64,000 nt of DNA, taken from NCBI GenBank assembly GCA_965217115.1, contig OZ244239.1, positions 384,001-448,000 of the forward strand, in the 5' to 3' direction. The position numbers were made by a program, and so were the translations under genes. Positions within the stretch are counted from its first letter, which is position 1, and the number at the start of each line of letters is the position of its first letter. The notes beneath the pieces were generated by a model. The model searched no databases. It was not told where the DNA came from and was given only the letters and a program-made list of their open reading frames with translations. Shown one piece after another: positions 41,132-50,344 of the stretch. Origin of the DNA: Bdellovibrionales bacterium (lineage in GTDB: Bacteria > Bdellovibrionota > Bdellovibrionia > Bdellovibrionales > CAYMLA01).

Positions 41132-41988
41132 GTTTGATGTTATGGAAAAAAAATCTTCGCCGAACATTCAGCGATGGGCTGCTGCCAGCACTCACTGTCC
41201 TTGTTTTTCTTGCCGTTTTTTCAATCTATGGTCATATCCTCTGGGATATTTTCGCAATTGGCCTTAAGGGAATCTCGTGGGATTTTTTAAGTCAAGAAAC
41301 TCTCAATTCAGGAAAAGCGGGGGGAATCTTTCCCATCATTATCTCTACTCTATGGATTTTGTTAATCTGTATGCTTGCTTCCGTCCCCATTGGCTTAGGG
41401 ACTTCGATCATTCTTGCAAATATTTTCTCTTCTAAAAAACATCATTTTCTCACATCAACAGTCAGAGTCAGTCTTGATATCTTATCTGGATTGCCTTCCA
41501 TTGTTTTTGGACTTTTTGGCAACATCTTCTTTTGTAAAATTCTAGGCATGGGGTTCTCTATCATGTCTGGTGGGTTGACCCTTGCCTGTATGGTTCTGCC
41601 GATTTTTATTAAAATCTCAGAAGAGAGCCTGCGAAAGGTCCCCTCAGAATATCGCCTTGCAGGTTTAGCCTGTGGGCTTAGTCGTGTCTCCCTCTTGCGT
41701 CACATTGTTCTTCCAAACGCTTTATCTGGCATCACTGTCGGCTTCATCCTAAGTGTGGGAAGAGCGCTTGCCGAAACTGCCGCGCTGATCTTCACCAGTG
41801 GTTATGTCGATCGCATACCTGAGAGCGTTTGGGATTCTGGGCGAAGCGCTTCAGTTCACATTTACGATCTGTCCATGAATATTCCTGGAGGTAACCAAAA
41901 TGCCTATTCCACGGCACTTGTTCTTGTCTTTATTCTTATTTTCTTAAATAGTCTCGTTAAACTCATCACTAGAAGGTTCGCTCTATGA
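41128..41988 (+). CDS. pstA: Phosphate ABC permease PstA
   Basis: GLPSIVFGLFG, GRALAETAAL. Confidence 0.88.
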   Translation: MSLMLWKKNLRRTFSDGLLPALTVLVFLAVFSIYGHILWDIFAIGLKGISWDFLSQETLNSGKAGGIFPIIISTLWILLICMLASVPIGLGTSIILANIFSSKKHHFLTSTVRVSLDILSGLPSIVFGLFGNIFFCKILGMGFSIMSGGLTLACMVLPIFIKISEESLRKVPSEYRLAGLACGLSRVSLLRHIVLPNALSGITVGFILSVGRALAETAALIFTSGYVDRIPESVWDSGRSASVHIYDLSMNIPGGNQNAYSTALVLVFILIFLNSLVKLITRRFAL

Positions 41989-42779
41989 CAGTCGTTGAAA
42001 AAAAACCTCTCATGAAAATCCAGAACCTCTCCCTAAATTATAAAAACAGCTCTGCTTTTTCTAATATTAATCTAAATATTCTTCCCCAAGAAGTTCTTGC
42101 CCTCATCGGACCTTCTGGCTCTGGTAAATCTAGTTTTCTAAATTGTTTAAATCAACTCTTCCTCTCTGTCCCCTGTTGCACAGTTGAGGGAAGTATCGAG
42201 TTTGAAGGGCGAGTTATATTAGGGGGAGAGACCACTTCGGCTAAACTGAATCTACAGCATCTCAGGAGAAACATTGGTATGGTCTTTCAAAGACCCCATC
42301 CCTTTCCCAATTCTATTTACAAGAACATGTCCATCCCACTCAAGGAAGTTGGTATTAAGAGTAAAGATTCTATCGATGAAACAATCCATAGAACTTTCTC
42401 AGATGTTGGCCTGTGGGATGAACTAAAAGATCGTCTCCAATCTTCGGCCCTCGAACTCTCAGGAGGTCAGCAACAGAGACTCTGTATTGCCCGAGCCATT
42501 GCTCTTAAACCTAAGCTATTGCTGATGGATGAACCAACAAGTTCACTCGACCCCATCGCCGCGCAAACGATCGAGTCACTCATCACGGAACTCAAGAAAA
42601 AATATGCAGTCGTCATGGTCACACACAATCTTGCCCAAGCTAGACGTATCTCAGATAAATTGGCCCTCATCTACCCTATCAACGGAATAGGTCATTTGAT
42701 TGAATACGGTGAAACAGCCCATCTCTTTAAATCTCCACAGGAAGATCTCACTAAAGAGTATTTTTCAAGGGAACTTTAA
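41985..42779 (+). CDS. pstB: Phosphate ABC ATPase PstB
   Basis: GPSGSGKS, LSGGQQQRLCIARA, MDEPTSSLDP, VTHN. Confidence 0.92.
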   Translation: MTVVEKKPLMKIQNLSLNYKNSSAFSNINLNILPQEVLALIGPSGSGKSSFLNCLNQLFLSVPCCTVEGSIEFEGRVILGGETTSAKLNLQHLRRNIGMVFQRPHPFPNSIYKNMSIPLKEVGIKSKDSIDETIHRTFSDVGLWDELKDRLQSSALELSGGQQQRLCIARAIALKPKLLLMDEPTSSLDPIAAQTIESLITELKKKYAVVMVTHNLAQARRISDKLALIYPINGIGHLIEYGETAHLFKSPQEDLTKEYFSREL

Positions 42780-42783
42780 ACAT

Positions 42784-43491
42784 ATGAAAACTGTCAGTGT
42801 TATTTTCAGCACCCACAACGATGCTAAGAATGGGTTTCTCAAGAAAAGTCTCACCTCCCTATGTGATGAGTCCTCTTGTGAAATCATTGTCGTCAATAAA
42901 AGTGACGAGATCCCCGAACTCTTAAACACACTTCCTGTGAAACTGATCTCCTCCAAAGACCCATCACGGGCAGTGAGACAAAATCTTGGTATTAAAGCCG
43001 CTCAAGGTGATATTATTCTGCTCCACCATCCACGCAGTGTTCTAGAGAGAGGAGCGATTCAGGAACTGACCGAAGCCATGGAAAATCAGATGATCACATG
43101 GGGCTGCTTCACCCATGGGTTTAACATAAAACATCCCCTTCTGCAGTTCACCTCATGGTATTCTAATAAAGTTCGCTGCGATCAAAAGAGCATTGCTTAT
43201 TTAGACCATTGTGTCTTCTTCCGACGCAGCCTACTTGAGAATGACCCCACCCCTGTCCCCGAGGTGGATATCTTTGAAGACACAGAGCTGAGTTTAAAAC
43301 TTAAGAAACTCGGCAAACCGGTACGACTCTCTAAACAGTCTACAACCTCTGCCATTCGTTTTCAAAAGAACGGTGTTTATAGGCAATCTCTTCTCAATCA
43401 AGTGCTTAAGGTGGGTTATGGGTTGGGGGTTTCTGATGGGTGGATGAATCGTCTCTACGAGAAAGGCCTCTCTCTTAATTCTAAATATTAG
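42784..43491 (+). CDS. GT2 glycosyltransferase resembling the TIGR04283 family
   Basis: RAVRQNLG, WGCF, FED, TSAIRF..NG, YGLGVS pattern, matched by eye. Confidence 0.65.
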   Translation: MKTVSVIFSTHNDAKNGFLKKSLTSLCDESSCEIIVVNKSDEIPELLNTLPVKLISSKDPSRAVRQNLGIKAAQGDIILLHHPRSVLERGAIQELTEAMENQMITWGCFTHGFNIKHPLLQFTSWYSNKVRCDQKSIAYLDHCVFFRRSLLENDPTPVPEVDIFEDTELSLKLKKLGKPVRLSKQSTTSAIRFQKNGVYRQSLLNQVLKVGYGLGVSDGWMNRLYEKGLSLNSKY

Positions 43492-43990
43492 GAGCCGTTT
43501 TTAAAATGCCTCTTTATTCTTTAGCTCAGACATTCGGTTGGCAGCGGCGCTCGCTTAGAATATCGGTCGGCTGAAGCGACCGGTATTCTAGGCGAGCATC
43601 GCACCAATCCGAACTCGCTAAAGAACAAAGAGGCATTTTAAAAACTCTCTTTGAACATCTGCGACTGACTGGGCACAACGGGGAAGGGGGATAACGGAGA
43701 GCTTAGAATATCGGTCGGCTGAAGCGCCTGGTATTCTAGGCGAGCATCGCACCAACCGAACTCGCTAAAGAACAAAGAGGCATTTTAAAAACTCTCTTTG
43801 AACATCTGCGACTGACTGGGCACAACGGGGAAGGGGGATAACGGAGAGCTTAGAATATCGGTCGGCTGAAGCGGCTGGTATTCTAGGCGAGCATCGCACC
43901 AACCGAACTCGCTAAAGAACAAAGAGGCATTTTAAAAACTCTCTTTGAACATCTGCGATGGGCTGGGAACAACGGAGGGGGTAGGATGTC
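43492..43990 (+). repeat. Hairpin element stem type C (full copy 43497..43645) plus two tandem right-half copies (period 147-148 bp)
   Basis: 29-bp inverted repeat gtttttaaaatgcctctt...; units restart at 43553, 43701 and 43848. Confidence 0.92.
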
Positions 43991-44012
43991 GGTGCGATCC
44001 ATCGTTAGGACT

Positions 44013-44048
44013 AAAAAAAAATGCCCTCGAGTGAATATCGAAGGCATC
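44013..44048 (-). terminator. Intrinsic terminator of cassette gene A
   Basis: atgccctcga...tcgaaggcat hairpin with a T-run on the minus strand; duplicated at 45325. Confidence 0.75.
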
Positions 44049-44144
44049 TTAATTTTTAACTTGGGCCTTTTATTAACCTGTCCCATTTTTGGGGTACAGA
44101 TCATTAAATTATAGCCTTTTTTTTAAATAAGAAAGTTAATATGC

Positions 44145-44678
44145 TTAATAAACTTTTTTAAAGTAATAGCAATGTCCATAAATATTAGAATTTATCTCTG
44201 GATAACGAGAAACCCGACCCACAAAAAAATCGCTATATTTTTTTAATGAGAAGATTGGAATTCCATCTGTAGATGCTAAAGAGCCCTCCCGTTCCTCGGT
44301 GGTAAAGGTCTGATTATCAGGGCTCCTCATAATTTGTACTATAGCATCCTTAAAATTTGACAAATCATTATCATAATAGTTCGCTGGTACTTTTTTCGCG
44401 TGAAAAAACATCATTTGATGTGCTGTCTTTGGGGGGAAATCGCCACCATTAGCTGGGTCTATATTTATGCGAGATGCTAATAGGCCAGCTATTGGCTTGC
44501 TTGGCGCTTTTGCTGCGTAACATCTTCCAGACCACCAACCAAAAGTTTCTTCTTCTGTAGGTAGGGTTCCTTGGTCATACATCTCTCCGAGTTCTTCAAA
44601 ATTAGTGGGAAACTCTGATGCTCCATGGACATTGCTAAATGCTAGGCATGCTAAGATAACAATAGATAGAAACTTCAT
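44145..44678 (-). CDS. Secreted hypothetical protein, paralogue A
   Basis: Signal peptide, GWWSGRCY and CYYFKKVY; AAGGAG RBS. Confidence 0.85.
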   Translation of the reverse strand: MKFLSIVILACLAFSNVHGASEFPTNFEELGEMYDQGTLPTEEETFGWWSGRCYAAKAPSKPIAGLLASRINIDPANGGDFPPKTAHQMMFFHAKKVPANYYDNDLSNFKDAIVQIMRSPDNQTFTTEEREGSLASTDGIPIFSLKKYSDFFVGRVSRYPEINSNIYGHCYYFKKVY

Positions 44679-44900
44679 TGCAACTCCTTATTTATATTGC
44701 CTATTTGGGCAATGGTTTTATTACGAGCTTTACCGCCCATAAAGTTATTGCGCTTTATTTAAAACACACAGTCTATTTAACAGTTTTTCTATGAATGTCT
44801 ATAATTATAACAATAAATTGACTCGTTCCTAAAAAACCTGCGGTGCGGGAAACTAGGTAAAAACAAGTGTTTAAACAAGGCATTTGATTCTAAATGTTCG

Positions 44901-45245
44901 AAGCCGTTTTTAAAATGCCTCTTTGTTCTTTAGCTCAGACATTCGGTTGGCAGCGGCGCTCGCCTAGAATATCGGTCGCTGGAGCGACCGGTATTCTGAG
45001 CGAGCATCGCACCAATCCGAACTCGCTAAAGAACAAAGAGGCATTTTAAAAACTCTCTTTGAACATCTGCGATGGGCTGGGAACAACGGAGAGCTTAGAA
45101 TATCGGTCGCTGGGGCGATCGGTATTCTAGGCGAGCATTGCACCAACCGAACTCGCTAAAGAACAGAGAGGTATTTTAAAAACTCTCTTTGAACATCTGC
45201 GATGGGCTGGGAACAACGGAGAGCTTAGAATATCGGTCGCTGGAG
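44901..45245 (+). repeat. Hairpin element stem type C (full copy 44906..45053) plus partial tandem copies (period about 130 bp)
   Basis: Same sequence family as 43497..43645. Confidence 0.92.
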
Positions 45246-45324
45246 GGGATAAGACAATTGAAGATGTAAAAAAAATACCGGAGAAAATAAAGTATTATAA
45301 CCATAGCGATTCATCGTTAGGACT

Positions 45325-45359
45325 AAAAAAAATGCCCTCGAGTGAATATCGAAGGCATC
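45325..45359 (-). terminator. Intrinsic terminator of cassette gene B
   Basis: Same hairpin as 44013..44048. Confidence 0.75.
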
Positions 45360-45453
45360 TTAATTTTTAACTTGGGCCTTTTATTAACCTGTCCCATTTT
45401 TGGGGTACAGATCATTAAATTATAGCTTTTTTTAGATAGGAAAGTTAATACAC

Positions 45454-46002
45454 TTAATAAACTTTTTTAAAGAAATAGCAATTTGAATAAACATCACCAG
45501 CGCGCCATCTGTGCTTACCATTGGATGTAGAACCATCTTGATTAACAATAGCTTGGCCTATAAAATAATTTTCATATTTTCTTAGTGCAAAATCTAAATT
45601 AAGTGGTGTATATGCATATAAAGAATTGTCTCTTTTTTTAACAATAATTCTTCTGTTTTCTTCAGTGTTTATAAGTTCTTCTACCTCAACCTTAAATTCT
45701 AATAAATTATTGTCAAAGTAGTCAGCTGCTTGTTTTGATCCATGACGAAGAAAGACCATTTGATGCGTCTTTGAAGGTTCATCTGTAATCATCCTAGATA
45801 CTAATAGGTTAGGTAATGGATTACTTGGCATTAATACATCGTAACATCTTCCAGACCACCAACCAAAAGTTTCTTCTTTTGTAGGCAGGGTTCCTTGGTC
45901 AAACATCTCTCCCAGTTCTTCAAAATCAGTGGAAAGCTCTGATGCTCCATGGACACTGCTAAATGCTAGGCATGATAAGATAACAATAGATAGAAACTTC
46001 AT
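45454..46002 (-). CDS. Secreted hypothetical protein, paralogue B
   Basis: Near-identical N-terminus to A, CYFFKKVY end. Confidence 0.85.
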   Translation of the reverse strand: MKFLSIVILSCLAFSSVHGASELSTDFEELGEMFDQGTLPTKEETFGWWSGRCYDVLMPSNPLPNLLVSRMITDEPSKTHQMVFLRHGSKQAADYFDNNLLEFKVEVEELINTEENRRIIVKKRDNSLYAYTPLNLDFALRKYENYFIGQAIVNQDGSTSNGKHRWRAGDVYSNCYFFKKVY

Positions 46003-46224
46003 TGCAACTCCTTATTTATATTGCCTATTTGGGCAATGGTTTTATTACGAGCTTTACCGCCCATAAAGTTATTGCGCTTTATTTAAAACACACAGTCTAT
46101 TTAACAGTTTTTCTATGAATGTCTATAATTATAACAATAAATTGACTCGTTCCTAAAAAACCTGCGGTGCGGAAAACTAGGTAAAAACAAATATTTAACC
46201 AAGGCCTTTGATTCTAAATGTTAG

Positions 46225-46470
46225 ACGCCGTTTTTAAAATGACTCTTTATTCTTTAGCTCAGACATTCGGTTGGCAGCGGCGCTCGCTTAGAATATCGGT
46301 CGCTAAAGCGACCGGTATTCTAAGTGAGCATCGCACCAATCCGAACTCGCTAAAGAACAAAGAGGCATTTTAAAAACTCTCTTTGAACATCTGCGACTGA
46401 CTGGGCACAACGGAGAAGGGGGACAACGGAGGGGGTAGAATATCGGTCGCTGGGGGGACTGGTATTCTAA
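46225..46470 (+). repeat. Hairpin element stem type C (full copy 46230..46377) plus a degenerate partial copy
   Basis: Same family; followed by a poly-G/GAAA purine tract to about 46530. Confidence 0.9.
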
Positions 46471-46542
46471 GGGGGGGGGGGGGAGAGGGAGGGAAAGAAA
46501 GAGAAAGAAAGAAAGAAAGAAAGAAAAAGAGATATATAAAAT

Positions 46543-47541
46543 TTAGGGGGTGAGGAAGCCGGTTTTTTTGTAGACGTTTTTTAGGGTTTTGTGGGCGATT
46601 TCTTTTGCTCGTAGGGCGTTTGTTTTTAGCATTGACTCTAGATAAGTTTGATCCTGTATAAGTTTGTCGTACTCTTCACGCACGGGGCGTAACACATCAC
46701 AAACTAGGTCCGCCGTGGCCACCTTGAAATGTCCATAGAGTTTTCCTGAAAACTCTTTTTCTATCTCAGGTAAACTCATTCCCGATAGACAGGAGTAAAT
46801 CGTCATTAAATTAGCAATGCCCGCCTTGCCCTCAAGGTCATAGGTGACCTCCTCTCCGGAGTCTGTAACGGCGGATTTAATTTTCTTTTGAATTTTGTTT
46901 TCTGGATCAATCACTGATACGTAGGCCCCAGGCAAACAGTCTGATTTAGACATCTTAGACATCGGGTCCTTCAGAGACATCACCCTTGCCCCCAATTTAT
47001 TAATCAAAGGTTCTGGGATAACAAAGGCCTGGCCATGGCGTTTATTAAACTGCTCCGCCAAATCGCGGGTCAACTCCAAGTGTTGCTTTTGATCTTCTCC
47101 CACGGGAACCAAATTTGTCTGATAAAGTAATATATCTGCAGCCATCAATACAGGATAAGTAAAGAGCCCTGTATTGATGTTTTTAGGGTCACTCTCTGAT
47201 TTATCCTTAAACTGTGTCATTCTCCTTAGAGAACCCATCGGAGTTAAGCAACTCAAAACCCAAGCAAGCTCCGTGTGTTCACTCACATGGGACTGCATGA
47301 AAATAATATTTTTCTCTGGGTCTAAACCGCAGGCCAAATACTGAGCAATAAAGGACAAACTCCTCTGGCGCAACTCCTTAGGGTCCTGCCTCACAGTGAT
47401 TGAATGGAGATCCGCCGCCATATAGAGACAGCTATACTCATCCTGCATCTTCGCCCAATTAGAAACAGCGCCGATGTAATTGCCTATGGTCAGAACACCT
47501 GTGGTCGTACTCGCACTTAGAACTGTTTTTTTATCTGCCAT
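46543..47541 (-). CDS. trpS: Tryptophanyl-tRNA synthetase
   Basis: TIGN, YPVLMAADIL, VPVGEDQ, KMSKS. Confidence 0.96.
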   Translation of the reverse strand: MADKKTVLSASTTTGVLTIGNYIGAVSNWAKMQDEYSCLYMAADLHSITVRQDPKELRQRSLSFIAQYLACGLDPEKNIIFMQSHVSEHTELAWVLSCLTPMGSLRRMTQFKDKSESDPKNINTGLFTYPVLMAADILLYQTNLVPVGEDQKQHLELTRDLAEQFNKRHGQAFVIPEPLINKLGARVMSLKDPMSKMSKSDCLPGAYVSVIDPENKIQKKIKSAVTDSGEEVTYDLEGKAGIANLMTIYSCLSGMSLPEIEKEFSGKLYGHFKVATADLVCDVLRPVREEYDKLIQDQTYLESMLKTNALRAKEIAHKTLKNVYKKTGFLTP

Positions 47542-47650
47542 AAATACACCTTAAACTGTTTTTTATCTGTCGTAAATACACCTTACTCATTCCAGGGAAA
47601 TCTTTCAAGAAAAGGATGTTAGAAGTTTTCCATCTCCATTCTTTAAGCCA

Positions 47651-48490
47651 TCACAACCAACGGCGCACTAACTCATAACCGCAAACACTGGCGCAGACGG
47701 CAACGTTTAGAGAGTTTTTCTGACCAAAAACAGGCACCTCGATAATTTGATCCACTAAATCCAACACCCTCTGCTCTAAACCAAAGTACTCGTTGCCAAA
47801 AACAAGGGCTAACCTAGGCATGGACTCTGTCTGCGGAAAATCCAAATCGTAAATACTCACGGCTCCCTCAACAGTCTCCAAACCCAAGATCTGATATTTA
47901 TCCGCCTTGAGCCCTTCGATCACGTTTTCAATGGAAGCATCATAGGTCCATTTCATATTCTCACTTGTTCCCATTGATGTCTTCTGCACCCCCAGGTGAT
48001 CTGCGGTCGCCGTGTAACCACAGAGATATATTTGTTCACACCCCAAGCACTCGGCCGTTCTAAAAAAGCTCCCTATATTAAATGTCGATCGAATATTGTG
48101 CAAAACAAAAATCAGAGGACGCTTCACCCGGTTTTCCTCTCTGTCTAAATTCCGCACAGGCACTTCATGCTCTTTAACTATTCTATAATAACGCCGCTCA
48201 AGAGGAACCACAGATGCCACAAAATCTTTGAGAAGAACAACATCTAGATCATTGTGGTCATTGTGATCATTATGACCACTTCGATACTTATCTATTTCCT
48301 GTAATTGTTTCTGAAGAGGGGAGAACGCATCATAGCCTGCAACAACAGAGAGGTCCGTGTATTTTTTAAGCTGAAGAAAACTCCCACCGTCTCTCCAGTT
48401 TTTCTCCACATGGTGGGCCCACTCGACAATGATCTTTCCCTGCTTATTCTCACTGAAACGAGAAAAAATAGCTTCAGGAAAATTCTTCAT
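47651..48490 (-). CDS. TrmH/SpoU RNA methyltransferase
   Basis: NIGSFFRTA, FGNE, SLNVAV. Confidence 0.88.
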   Translation of the reverse strand: MKNFPEAIFSRFSENKQGKIIVEWAHHVEKNWRDGGSFLQLKKYTDLSVVAGYDAFSPLQKQLQEIDKYRSGHNDHNDHNDLDVVLLKDFVASVVPLERRYYRIVKEHEVPVRNLDREENRVKRPLIFVLHNIRSTFNIGSFFRTAECLGCEQIYLCGYTATADHLGVQKTSMGTSENMKWTYDASIENVIEGLKADKYQILGLETVEGAVSIYDLDFPQTESMPRLALVFGNEYFGLEQRVLDLVDQIIEVPVFGQKNSLNVAVCASVCGYELVRRWL

Positions 48491-48493
48491 GGA

Positions 48494-50212
48494 TCACTTC
48501 GCCTTTGCGTGAGTCTTAGCTTCAGCCTTAGTCTTAGTTTTAGTTTTAGTTTTAGTTTTAGCTGGCTCTTGAGCAAAATTGCTCTTCCCCTCTTCGATGA
48601 TATCAGCCAGGGATTCTTTTTTCACTCGGACAGCTAAATGTTCAAAAACCGCCAATTCTCTGTTTTCGAGACAGGTCTCACGGGATTTCCAGCTATAGGG
48701 TTCCTCGTTAAAGAGTTTCTCAACCTTCTCAACATAGCTAGGGATAATGGGCTTTAAATACACCGCCAACACACGGAATAAATTCAACGTGTCAGTTAAA
48801 ACACGACGGGTCTCTTCCACATCTTGTTTAATCAGATTCCAAGGGGCGATCCCATCAAAATATTTATTGGCTTCATCAGCTAAAGCCCGGACCTCATTAA
48901 CTCCTTTAGCAAAATCTCTATTCTCATAGTGCCTCGCTATTTCATCACCCTTATCCAAAGACTGTTGCCACAGAGAACGACCCTTTGGGGTCATTTCACC
49001 CATTCGCCCGTCAATGTGTTTTTGTAACATCTGTGCTCCACGGGACGCCAGATTAGTGATCTTCCCCACTAGCTCGGAATTCACTCGCCCACAGAAATCA
49101 TCAAAATTTAAATCAACATCATCCTGACCCGAATTCAGTTTAGCCCCATAATAATAACGCAAATACATTGGCTCCAGATGATTCAAAAATGTCCTCGCCA
49201 TAACAAAAGTCCCCTTGGACTTACTCATCTTCACCCCGTTCACCGTAAGATAGCCGTGGACAAAAACATGGTTGGGAGTTTTATAACCCGCATTCTTCAA
49301 CATTGCTGGCCAGAATAACGTGTGAAAATACACAATGTCTTTACCAATGAAATGATAAAGCTCGCTCTGAGTGTCAGAGCCCCAGAAATCTAAGAAATTC
49401 CCATTGTTTTTCTCTACCCACTCCTGAGTGGTTGAAATATAACCCATCGGCGCATCTACCCACACATAGAAATACTTCCCCTCAAGATCGGGAATGGGAA
49501 AACCAAAATAAGGTTCGTCACGGGAGATATCCCAATCCTTCAGCGTCTCTTTCAACCACTCTTGCAATTTATTGCACACGGCTTTTTCCGTATGCTCCGC
49601 CACCCATTTCTTTAGAAATTCTCTGAAACTTTCTAATTTAAAAAATACGTGCTCGCTCTTTTTCTCAACAGGCTTATTGCCACAAAGTGAACACTCAGGA
49701 GCCGTCATGTCTAGAGGAGAGTAGGTCGCCCCACACTGATCACAAGAATCCCCATACTGCTCTTCTGCCGAACATTTAGGACAAACTCCTTTCACAAAAC
49801 GATCGGGCAGAAACATTTTGTCATGTTCACAATACGCCTGATTAATCCAGCGAATATCAATGTGACCGTTGTCTTTCATTTTTTTATAGAATTCCGCCAC
49901 CAACTCTTTATTCGTTTCAGAATCAGTGGTCGAAAAATGATCAAACTCAATATTGAAATCAGAAAAGTCTCTCTCATGCCGAGCCTGTGCCTGGGAGATC
50001 AGCTTTTCAGGGGCGATGTTTTTTTCGCGGGCGCTGACCATGATCGGTGTTCCATGGGAGTCAGAGGCACAAAAATACCGACACTCATGTCCCTTCATTT
50101 TATGAAATCGAGTCCAAAAATCTGCCTGGAGATACTCCACAAGATGCCCTAGGTGAATATCCCCGTTGGCATAGGGCAGGGCTGCGGTCACTAGGATTTT
50201 TCTCTGCTCCAT
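48494..50212 (-). CDS. metG: Methionyl-tRNA synthetase (no C-terminal tRNA-binding domain)
   Basis: ALPYANG, HLGH, zinc knuckles, KMSKS; ATG 50212. Confidence 0.96.
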   Translation of the reverse strand: MEQRKILVTAALPYANGDIHLGHLVEYLQADFWTRFHKMKGHECRYFCASDSHGTPIMVSAREKNIAPEKLISQAQARHERDFSDFNIEFDHFSTTDSETNKELVAEFYKKMKDNGHIDIRWINQAYCEHDKMFLPDRFVKGVCPKCSAEEQYGDSCDQCGATYSPLDMTAPECSLCGNKPVEKKSEHVFFKLESFREFLKKWVAEHTEKAVCNKLQEWLKETLKDWDISRDEPYFGFPIPDLEGKYFYVWVDAPMGYISTTQEWVEKNNGNFLDFWGSDTQSELYHFIGKDIVYFHTLFWPAMLKNAGYKTPNHVFVHGYLTVNGVKMSKSKGTFVMARTFLNHLEPMYLRYYYGAKLNSGQDDVDLNFDDFCGRVNSELVGKITNLASRGAQMLQKHIDGRMGEMTPKGRSLWQQSLDKGDEIARHYENRDFAKGVNEVRALADEANKYFDGIAPWNLIKQDVEETRRVLTDTLNLFRVLAVYLKPIIPSYVEKVEKLFNEEPYSWKSRETCLENRELAVFEHLAVRVKKESLADIIEEGKSNFAQEPAKTKTKTKTKTKAEAKTHAKAK

Positions 50213-50344
50213 TCCCCTCTCCATAGGTCTTAAAACGATAGGACCCACTGTACATTTTGGGCCTCTCAAAGGCAAGTCACTTAGCAGTGTAATTATTAAT
50301 TTCAAGTGGAAGATTCTCAAAGAATATGTTAGTTAACAAGTGAT

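Noticed and set aside
43883..45146. Small ORFs 43883..44104 and 44964..45146 (also 63366..63572)
   Set aside because: They run through hairpin elements; their mutual similarity comes from the DNA repeat.
44145..46002. Diversity-generating retroelement
   Set aside because: No reverse transcriptase nearby, and the divergence includes indels and is not adenine-specific.
43492..46400. Classical integron attC sites
   Set aside because: GTTAGAC occurs at one boundary, but the hairpins run GTT...AAC rather than RYYYAAC...GTTRRRY, the genes have their own terminators and long upstream regions, and there is no intI in the window.
43492..46470. CRISPR array
   Set aside because: Units are 130-148 bp with near-identical linkers rather than unique spacers, and no cas genes are present.
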